Origin: Thermoplasmata archaeon
GTDB lineage: Archaea; Thermoplasmatota; Thermoplasmata; RBG-16-68-12; JAFNFQ01
Length of the DNA stretch: 64,000 nt
NCBI GenBank assembly: GCA_041489255.1
Contig: JBGPQV010000003.1
Coordinates: 64,001 to 128,000, forward strand
Reading direction: 5' to 3'
This document shows, one piece after another, positions 57,901 to 64,000 of this stretch (position 1 is the stretch's first letter; every line of letters starts with the position of its first letter). Below the pieces are notes generated by a model. The model did not search any database. It was given only the letters and a program-made list of their open reading frames with translations, and was not told where the DNA came from. Made by a program: the position numbers and the translations under genes.

Positions 57901-59141
57901 CCACCGTTGCCCCATGTGCCGACGCAAACCCTCCCGTCTGAGATCGCAGGTGAAGAGTCAACGTCCCCATACAACGGCGCTTGCCACCTGTATGCGGCGG
58001 GATTCGTCTGGTTCGCGTTGAACGAGTAGAGGTAGTTCGATTTAGATCCGATGAAGACCTTGCCGTCCGAAATGGCGGGGGAAGACCAGATGTCTCCTCC
58101 TGTCGCGTAGTTCCAGACCACGGCACCTGTCTGCGCATCAAGCGCGTAGAGATTGTCGTCGACGGAACCCACGAAGACCTTGCCGTAAGCCACCGCAGCC
58201 GAGGAGAAGAATGATTGCGAGCCCGAAGGCGGGAATGCCCATATCTGGCTCAGGTCATTCGCGCTGAGGGCGCGGAACTTGGCTGCTGTGGTCGTGAATG
58301 TGTAGCCATCCCCGATGTAGACTTTCCCATCGTAGATCACCGGAGAACCGTACATGCTCTTGTACCTGGCAGATGTGGCGCTGGCAACCGCAGCTCCCGA
58401 TTGGGCGAGGCTAATCTTGTAGACGTACCCGTCGGGTGCCGCGAGGTACGCGTAGCCATTGCAGATCGCTGGTGCACCATACAGGCCGTAATTGGTGCCA
58501 TCGGGGTGAGCCGACTGTGTTTGGAAGTACCAGACCTCGCTCCCTGTGTTCTGATTCAGGGCATGCAGCCGCCTGTCAGCCCCTCCTATGAAAACCATGC
58601 CCTGGGCGACCGCAGGCGTCCCGCTCCCCCATAGAGTGTTCGGGACCGTGAACCTCCATTTGACGGTGCCGTTGTTGGCATGAAGGGCATAGAGCTTATC
58701 GGCTCCAAAGAACAGCAGTCCGTTGGAATATGCTGGAGTGGCGCTCACGCCAGTGTTGCTCGAAACCTGTGCGTCAGTTCTCATCCTCCAAGCCAGGGTG
58801 CCGTTGTTGATGTGGAAGGCGAGCATCGAGTCCCCTGAGGGAGAACCCATCCCGATGAACACCTTGCCCTCGGCAATCGTTGGCGAACCGTACATGTTCG
58901 GGCCGGTGGAATTGTACCAAAAGACCCTCTCATCGTCCGGGGAAGGTGACTTCGTGAGCGACGAATGCGTCTCGTTGTAGGTGTACATCGGCCAGGGATA
59001 TGTGGTGGTGGCCATAGGTTGAAGCGAGTCACTGCCACTGTTCCCCCAAGGCCGAACCGGTTCGCTGGCGGTGAGCCAAGGTGCCTGCGCCACAACCATG
59101 AATCCTGCTGCCAGCACGAACACGAGGCCAAGGCGACTCAA
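54954..59141 (-). CDS. Surface protein: PQQ-like beta-propeller, Ig-like and FN3 domains, C-terminal TM anchor
   Basis: Signal peptide, SSPAIxDGKVFIGS/LYALxAxxGxxxW repeats, VQFSERMD/WSEPM Ig-like units, GYNVYR FN3, TM plus KRRKRK. Confidence 0.9.
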   Translation of the reverse strand: MSRLGLVFVLAAGFMVVAQAPWLTASEPVRPWGNSGSDSLQPMATTTYPWPMYTYNETHSSLTKSPSPDDERVFWYNSTGPNMYGSPTIAEGKVFIGMGSPSGDSMLAFHINNGTLAWRMRTDAQVSSNTGVSATPAYSNGLLFFGADKLYALHANNGTVKWRFTVPNTLWGSGTPAVAQGMVFIGGADRRLHALNQNTGSEVWYFQTQSAHPDGTNYGLYGAPAICNGYAYLAAPDGYVYKISLAQSGAAVASATSARYKSMYGSPVIYDGKVYIGDGYTFTTTAAKFRALSANDLSQIWAFPPSGSQSFFSSAAVAYGKVFVGSVDDNLYALDAQTGAVVWNYATGGDIWSSPAISDGKVFIGSKSNYLYSFNANQTNPAAYRWQAPLYGDVDSSPAISDGRVCVGTWGNGGRIYCFGSGTAPPVNNPPSISLTNPSGAQDWTGGSSQMITWTMSDDTTPPGSLRIYLNYTSTPSSGTIAGPLAGATIYGWTVPTIDATDVRINATVIDANGLKGYSTVLVPQIDSTWPFVVSASPTGTGVALTAPIVVQFSERMDTASVESAFTLVPNMGTLIFSWSQRIFPDDTLTIDHVDFSYSTTYTATVWTGARDVSNPGNSMILDYIWSFTTIVNTPPTIGITAPAGGESWTGGTIHNIDWTAYDAEDSIGNLKVWVNYSVTGAGPFDHQIAGLQGVAGDARPYAWTVPFEDSTAVVLQAVVVDTIGGTGYGYSPALEIDSTPPIVSSTSPFSGETGVPTSANVQAAWSEPMMRTSAESAFSLKDTATWTPVAGTLSWAGSIMTFGPTSVLASGTQYSANFTTSARDASDPGNNLATPYSWTFTTASFVDVERPTLTSATAIPDPQEVYFPVNVSAVIRDNVAVGQVWLNVTNPAAGTINSTMSYDPFGMRYFLERNCGMLGLHTFVIWASDTSGNRNSTSGQFTCEDTTRPSISDLRAVPNPVEVFASTNLSALVSDNYLLSEVWVEVTAPDLTRTNRSMIAGPRYSRETIPDQLGAYIFKVSAKDSVDLWAVAVSTFDVEDNTPPLIVNLAATPSPVALLSSTNITADVTDNYLLAGVWVEITAPGQTPENQSMDGGPTFYYEYAVNLVGAYQYKVSAVDSSGNWETNTGIFQTTESVPPSIEHTPRATWPVTVALNITANVTDNILVQEVKLDYTDVDGVRRNVSMAVVTADEYSYEVAGQPHAGSISYYIWAVDGSLNGVRSQTYTTSIIERVPNPPAGLTVVPEGFGALRLSWAAPSLNTDSSPLTDLRGYNVYRMTQPNGQRTKVNGPLVTVTTFLDDNVGLGLADGTIYYYNVTAVNSRGIESAPAQEDGTTLSRSSGTDTSVILIAVAIIIVIIMAVILLLMKRRKRKESEQQQELAERKAPPPPPDDG

Positions 59142-59282
59142 CTCAGAATCTGCCTCCTTGATGAAACCGTCCAGCGCTCACGCCGAAGACTTCGACTGAT
59201 TGGTCTCTGCGAGTCTTCAAAATGAGTGCCCACAGACGAGTTTGAAACATTCTGCCCATATAAGTAGCTACCCCACCCATAC

Positions 59283-59816
59283 TCACGACCCGCTTCTCGC
59301 GTCCGCATCCGGCACCGTGCATCCCCGCCAGTATTCGCAGCAACCAGCCACCTTCGAGATGGCGGGAGTGATCAGGAACGCCATCAGCGCGAACACAGTC
59401 ACGGCGATGAACAGGAACCATGAGAACTGAAACACGAGAATCGGCGCGGCGGCGAACACCGGCGCGAGCCACGAGGGGGCGACGTAGGCCCAGATGAGCC
59501 TATACCGCTTGGGCATCAGTCTGACGTCCCCTTTCCTGAAGAGCGCTGTCGACATCGTGCTGTAGCCGCACGGGCAGACACCGCCATAGTACGGGCAGTT
59601 CACGCAGACAGTCGCCCACATCGCCACGGTGCTCGCTACGCAGTAGAAGGCGTAGATTACGGCGGCGGGCCAGCAGAACAGGGAGATCGTCGTCACCCCG
59701 ACCGCGTATGTCGCGAATGTAGCGGTGTTCCCCTGGAAGAACGCCCTCGGGAACCTGTACTCCCGTTCGATGACTGTCGCAGCAGCCTTGTCCACGACCG
59801 ATGTCGACGACTCCAT
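59283..59816 (-). CDS. Cys-rich multi-TM membrane protein, last gene of the nifB operon
   Basis: About four TM helices, CVNCPYYGGVCPCG loop and C-terminal CCEYWRGC; ATG 17 nt after the nifB stop. Confidence 0.7.
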   Translation of the reverse strand: MESSTSVVDKAAATVIEREYRFPRAFFQGNTATFATYAVGVTTISLFCWPAAVIYAFYCVASTVAMWATVCVNCPYYGGVCPCGYSTMSTALFRKGDVRLMPKRYRLIWAYVAPSWLAPVFAAAPILVFQFSWFLFIAVTVFALMAFLITPAISKVAGCCEYWRGCTVPDADARSGS

Positions 59817-59833
59817 CTTCTGCCCACTTCTCC

Positions 59834-60673
59834 CTAGTAGAATGCGGATGAAATGTCGCAGCCAAGCAGCCCTATCGCGTCGGCCCTGCACCTAGCGCAG
59901 TGCTCGATCTGCCTTATGTGCTTCCTGCACTCATTTCTGACTGTTCGAATCTCCAGCCCGCTCGGCGCCTTCCTCTCTTCGAACTCGCTCCCCTTGACAG
60001 CCAGGAACGGGATGACATTCTGGACCAGCGCACCCGCCTCGCTCGCCCTCAGTGCAATCTTCGGAAGCTCCTCCTCGTTGATGCCTGGGATGAGCACCGA
60101 GTTGACCTTGACGATAAGACCCTCGTCGACGCACTTCGCCAACCCGTCCCATTGCTTATCGGACAATGTCTGGAATGCGTCCTGACCTGTCAGCGTCTCG
60201 CCGCTGTCCCTCACCCACGAGTAGATCTCCGCCCCGATCCGCGGCTCGAGCGCATTGATTGTCACAGTAACGTACTTGACCCCGAGGGACACGATTTCAT
60301 CGACATATTGCGGGAGGAGGAGGCCGTTCGTCGCGAGGCAGAGCGTCATGTCCGGGAACTCCCCGCCGACGAGCCTTAGCGTCTCGAATGTCTCCTTGTT
60401 CGCGAGCGGTTCGCCCGGACCCGCGATCCCAATGACGGAGAGATTTCCCAGCTTATCGCGGACGCGGCGCACCAGCGCGGCCGCCTCTTCCGCCTTGAGC
60501 AGCTTCGACGTTACCCCTGGACGCGTCTCGTTCGAGCAGTCGAAGGCCCTGTTGCAGAACCTGCATTGGATATTGCACGCGGGAGCGACAGGCAGATGCA
60601 TCCTCGCGTACTTCCAGTGAGCCTCGGCGCTGTAGCAGGGATGAACCGATATTGACTCAGGGATCGCGCTCAA
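59834..60673 (-). CDS. nifB: NifB-type radical SAM protein (SAM domain only)
   Basis: All NifB motifs present: HPC, CNIQCRFC, ETRP, AGPG, TVTIN, CARCRADAIG. Confidence 0.88.
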   Translation of the reverse strand: MSAIPESISVHPCYSAEAHWKYARMHLPVAPACNIQCRFCNRAFDCSNETRPGVTSKLLKAEEAAALVRRVRDKLGNLSVIGIAGPGEPLANKETFETLRLVGGEFPDMTLCLATNGLLLPQYVDEIVSLGVKYVTVTINALEPRIGAEIYSWVRDSGETLTGQDAFQTLSDKQWDGLAKCVDEGLIVKVNSVLIPGINEEELPKIALRASEAGALVQNVIPFLAVKGSEFEERKAPSGLEIRTVRNECRKHIRQIEHCARCRADAIGLLGCDISSAFY

Positions 60674-60676
60674 GCC

Positions 60677-62035
60677 CTACTCCACCCCCTCTCGGTTCGC
60701 TTGAATCATCTCGAGGAAGGCCTCGACTCTTATCCTGATCTGGCCGATGTCCCCGTCGCTCAGCTCGCTCCTGATCGTCAGCGCGGGGATGCCCATTCTC
60801 TTGAGCAGGTTTGTGAGCCTCGTCGCGTCGAGCGTGTGAAGGTGACATCCCTGCATCGCGTGGAAGATGACGCCCTCGACTCCGCCATTCTTCACCTCGT
60901 TGATGATGTTCTCCTCTCTCTCGACGTTCGGAGTGAAGCATGGGCAGGTCGATGGGAACAGGTAGCGGTCCGCGATCGCGTCCAGCATGGCCCTCTCGGT
61001 CCACTCGTCAACGACGACAGGGTCGTAGAGCACCCTGGTCCCTGAACAGAGTTCATCTGAGACGATGACCGCACCGACCTCCTCGACGATGTCCGGCAGC
61101 TTCCAGTTCGGCCACATGACGGGCGAGCCCGCAAGCATCACGCGGGGGGCATCCCCGTTCGCTACGTTCTTCTTCGCCAAGACCATCTTCTCCAGCTCGT
61201 CTGAAAGCCTGTTCACGTTCTCCGTCCACCGCGCGATGTCGTCGACGTATGCGAGCCAAGCAATCAGGAGGAAATGCCTGCCCCAGAGCACGTCGCCCTT
61301 CCTCCTCGTGTCCAGCAGCCTCCTCCAGGCCTTGTGCGCGCGCTGGTACTTCTCGATGGACGCCCGGAGGCTCTTCCTCGTTATCTTGTTCCCCGTGAGC
61401 ATCTCCATCCTGTTCCTGACCGTTATGATTTCCTGGATCCACTGCCTGCGGATCGACTCTCCCTGCTTGATGCGGGGAACGTTCATGGGGACTATCGCCC
61501 TGACCTCCCTGAACTCGTCGGAGATCTTCAGCTTCGCATCGCACGGCGCGGGAGCGATGATGGCGTCGCACTGGGAGAACAGCGGGAAGTCGTCTATCAT
61601 CATGCACCCCGCGCACGCCTTCACTATGGAGCACATGTTCGGGTCGCCGAGGTACGCCTCGCCCAGGCCAACTGGCGGTAAATAGCCGCATCCGAGGGCC
61701 ACCGGGAGGGCGCCCGCCGCATCGACCAGCTCGACCGGCACGAAGTTGCAGAGCGTGCCGACCACCTTCCCGCCGCCCGCCTTGAACTGGTTGATCTCCT
61801 TGACGCGCCTGTCGTGAATCCTCGCGACATCGATGAAGTAGTCCATTACGGCCGGCTTGTTCTTCAGGGAGGCGAGCTTCTGCGCCTCGTCCTCGATCTT
61901 CTTGATGCTGTTCGCGGTCATATCGGCTCCCCGGCCCGCCACGAGAGACTTGATCCTCTCTCGCGCGCCGGAGTCCGCCTGCGCCTTCGCATCGTTCTTC
62001 GCCGGCTCAATTCCCTTTCTCTTCTGTAGGCTCAC
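60677..62035 (-). CDS. 2-hydroxyacyl-CoA dehydratase-family protein, double-cubane cluster protein (DCCP)-like
   Basis: VGTLCNFVPVELVDAAGA, NMCSIVK, APCDAKLK, DELCSGTR, RYLFPSTCPCFTPN, QGCH, GQIRIRVEAFLEM. Confidence 0.85.
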   Translation of the reverse strand: MSLQKRKGIEPAKNDAKAQADSGARERIKSLVAGRGADMTANSIKKIEDEAQKLASLKNKPAVMDYFIDVARIHDRRVKEINQFKAGGGKVVGTLCNFVPVELVDAAGALPVALGCGYLPPVGLGEAYLGDPNMCSIVKACAGCMMIDDFPLFSQCDAIIAPAPCDAKLKISDEFREVRAIVPMNVPRIKQGESIRRQWIQEIITVRNRMEMLTGNKITRKSLRASIEKYQRAHKAWRRLLDTRRKGDVLWGRHFLLIAWLAYVDDIARWTENVNRLSDELEKMVLAKKNVANGDAPRVMLAGSPVMWPNWKLPDIVEEVGAVIVSDELCSGTRVLYDPVVVDEWTERAMLDAIADRYLFPSTCPCFTPNVEREENIINEVKNGGVEGVIFHAMQGCHLHTLDATRLTNLLKRMGIPALTIRSELSDGDIGQIRIRVEAFLEMIQANREGVE

Positions 62036-62047
62036 TTCAATCTCCCC

Positions 62048-62983
62048 TTAGACAGGATAATCGACCATTGACTTCGAGGTGAGGATCTTCTTCCCCATGA
62101 ACGTCGCAGAGAGCGCGCCGTCCTCGGGGCACGCCTCAAGGCAGGAATAGCAGTGTGTGCAATTCCGCGCTGTCACGTTGCGGCTCGTCTTCTCCTTGTA
62201 CATGTCCTCGATGCCCATGGGGCAGACCCTTGCGCAGATCCTGCAGCTCGTGCACTTCGTCGCGTCCTTCGTCAGCTGCATGAAGGACCTCCTGTGCACT
62301 AAGCCCATGAGCGCCCCTGCGGGGCAGATGTGACACCAGAACCGCCTGATCACGAAGCACATGACGATGAAGAATATCGCGGTGCCTATGGAGACTATCG
62401 GGACGATTGTCGTCGGCGGCAAGATGCCTAGCCAGATCTGCGGATAAACGTAGAGCGCCCTGTTCGGGTCGACCCACTCGTAAGGTATCGGCAGCCCGGT
62501 CCTCAGCTGGCTCAGGCCGGTGCCAGGCATCCCCAGCGCGACCGTGTATGAGAGAATCAGGAACAGGGCCAGGTACTTCGTAGCGTGCAGAGCATCGCTC
62601 ACCATCTTCGACATCCTGTAATACGGGATGCCGAGCCGCTTCCTGAGACCGGAGAGCAGGTCCTGCGGCAATCCGAGGGGGCAGAGCCAAGCGCACCAGA
62701 CCCGCCCGAGTATGAGCACCAGTATGATGAAGAGGAAAATCGGCAGCACGATGTCGGTGTAGAGCGTCTTGAACTCCGCCACCGCGGTGTCCTGCAGCTT
62801 GTAGACGAGCGAGTAGGTCGGAGCGTCCGCGAAGAACTTCGTCGTGGCGTTCGGCCAGTAGATGTCCCTCAGGTAAGGCGTCTCGCCGAACGACGCGACC
62901 CCGAAGACCATACAATTGAAGAGCACCAGGGCTGCGACCTGGAACGCCAGCCTCGGCCTCGAAATCCTGTGCTGCCTTTTCAT
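62048..62983 (-). CDS. Membrane 4Fe-4S protein (NapH/FixG-like)
   Basis: GRVWCAWLCPLG, RFWCHICPAG, two ferredoxin motifs CTSCRICARVCP and CTHCYSCLEACP. Confidence 0.9.
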   Translation of the reverse strand: MKRQHRISRPRLAFQVAALVLFNCMVFGVASFGETPYLRDIYWPNATTKFFADAPTYSLVYKLQDTAVAEFKTLYTDIVLPIFLFIILVLILGRVWCAWLCPLGLPQDLLSGLRKRLGIPYYRMSKMVSDALHATKYLALFLILSYTVALGMPGTGLSQLRTGLPIPYEWVDPNRALYVYPQIWLGILPPTTIVPIVSIGTAIFFIVMCFVIRRFWCHICPAGALMGLVHRRSFMQLTKDATKCTSCRICARVCPMGIEDMYKEKTSRNVTARNCTHCYSCLEACPEDGALSATFMGKKILTSKSMVDYPV

Positions 62984-62989
62984 GATCCT

Positions 62990-63679
62990 CTACTGACCTC
63001 CGTGCGTGCTCACGAATGCGTTCACGATGAAGTAGACGCCAAGGACGATCATCATCAACGCCGCGCCCACCCTCATGTAGAGCGCGTACCTCTTCGACTC
63101 GCGGATGATGTTGCCCGAAAGGAATCCGATGACCGGGTAGATCGTCGATGCCGCGGCGAAGACCATGACCATGCCGATCGCGAGGCCGAAGTCGACGGAG
63201 ATTAGCAGCGGAGCCAGCACCATGATCTTCACGCATGGCGTCGCTCCCCTGACGACACCGAGGAGGAATATGTAGGCAATCTTCGCCTTCGAATTCCCCT
63301 CGAAGTCTATCTCGCCGCCATCGGCCATGACCGCCCTCTGGCCCTTCCCGTGGTGCATTCCCCGGTGGAACAGCCTGAGGAGAGGATGACCGTGCTTCGC
63401 CATGTGGTGTCTTGTGAGGACTCTAATCAGGACGAAGGCGCCGAGCGCGACGGTCAGAGCGCCGAACGTGACGAGGAAGAAGACCGGGTTCAGGTCCTGG
63501 ACGAGGCCGAGACCGGCTATCGCGCCTCCGAGGAGGACGAGCCCCAGGAACCTTCCAGCGATGAACGCGGCTCCTCCCTTCTTGCTGTCGATGGAGCAAC
63601 CCAGGGAGAGCAGCGCGCAGACCCACGCGTTGCCGAGTGAACCGCCGACCGCTGCCGCCGCTAGCAATTCCTCAATCAT
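62990..63679 (-). CDS. Multi-TM protein of CcdA/DsbD-like or TauE-like type with His-rich loop
   Basis: Six hydrophobic helices, membrane Cys in GNAWVC and GATPC, loop HHMAKHGH...HRGMHHG. Confidence 0.65.
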   Translation of the reverse strand: MIEELLAAAAVGGSLGNAWVCALLSLGCSIDSKKGGAAFIAGRFLGLVLLGGAIAGLGLVQDLNPVFFLVTFGALTVALGAFVLIRVLTRHHMAKHGHPLLRLFHRGMHHGKGQRAVMADGGEIDFEGNSKAKIAYIFLLGVVRGATPCVKIMVLAPLLISVDFGLAIGMVMVFAAASTIYPVIGFLSGNIIRESKRYALYMRVGAALMMIVLGVYFIVNAFVSTHGGQ

Positions 63680-64000
63680 TTCGCATCCTCCTCCTTCGCC
63701 GCCTTCGGCTTTCTGACCTTGATGTAGATGTTGATGCCGATGAGCAACATGATCACGAGGGAGGCGATGGCCAACTCGAAAGCCCAGCCCGTGTAGTCCC
63801 TCCCGCCAAGCGTGTACTCGATCGTGTGCTTCGCGCCATCGATCACGAAGATGTGCGGGGCGGTGTACGCGCTGGTGAAGTCCGCCTTGCCCTGATAGCC
63901 GCCCTGGCCGGCCACTATCTCGATCTGTCCGTCGCCGTCGACATCGCCGAGGGCGAGCCCAAGCACATCAGAGCCGAGCAGGGGGCTCTTCCATTCGATC
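63676..64000 (-). CDS. FG-GAP-like repeat protein with C-terminal TM anchor (5' end outside the window)
   Basis: Frame open to the window edge: IEWKSPLLGSDVLGLALGDVDGDGQIEIVAG...TM-KVRKPK; overlaps the next gene's start (ATGA). Confidence 0.75.
   Translation of the reverse strand, partial: IEWKSPLLGSDVLGLALGDVDGDGQIEIVAGQGGYQGKADFTSAYTAPHIFVIDGAKHTIEYTLGGRDYTGWAFELAIASLVIMLLIGINIYIKVRKPKAAKEEDAK

Noticed and set aside
59834-60673. Inferring nitrogen fixation from nifB
   Set aside because: No nitrogenase structural or scaffold genes are in the window, and nifB alone is not diagnostic.

Overview
A 64-kb, GC-rich archaeal chromosomal segment. Archaeal markers are uL1/uL10(P0)/P1 ribosomal genes, the archaeosine radical SAM enzyme RaSEA and TATA-type promoters; gene content suggests Thermoplasmata (inference). 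The standout feature is a tightly coupled four-gene operon on the minus strand (5299-7722): a UFM1-like ubiquitin-fold protein already ending in Val-Gly, a UFC1-like E2, a UBA5-like E1, and a JAB/JAMM metalloprotease with an intact zinc site whose C-terminal domain resembles eukaryotic ODR4. Together these look like a prokaryotic UFMylation system. Other points of interest: a NifB radical SAM gene in an operon with a double-cubane-cluster-like protein and no nitrogenase genes in view; a membrane receptor-GNAT plus SelO-like kinase-fold operon; a wHTH-STAND-TPR gene flanked by an intact/degenerate PD-(D/E)XK paralog pair and a Rab-like GTPase; a membrane-anchored six-zinc-ribbon SAP-domain protein; an rpl1 gene that appears to start at ACG behind an L1-binding leader; and two phased repeat arrays where rpl11 would normally lie. 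The window also holds six large surface proteins, an intact IS903-like IS5 element with TIRs and an 8-bp TSD, two tRNAs and assorted transporters and enzymes. All homology calls come from reading motifs and from reference sequences recalled from memory; no database search was run.
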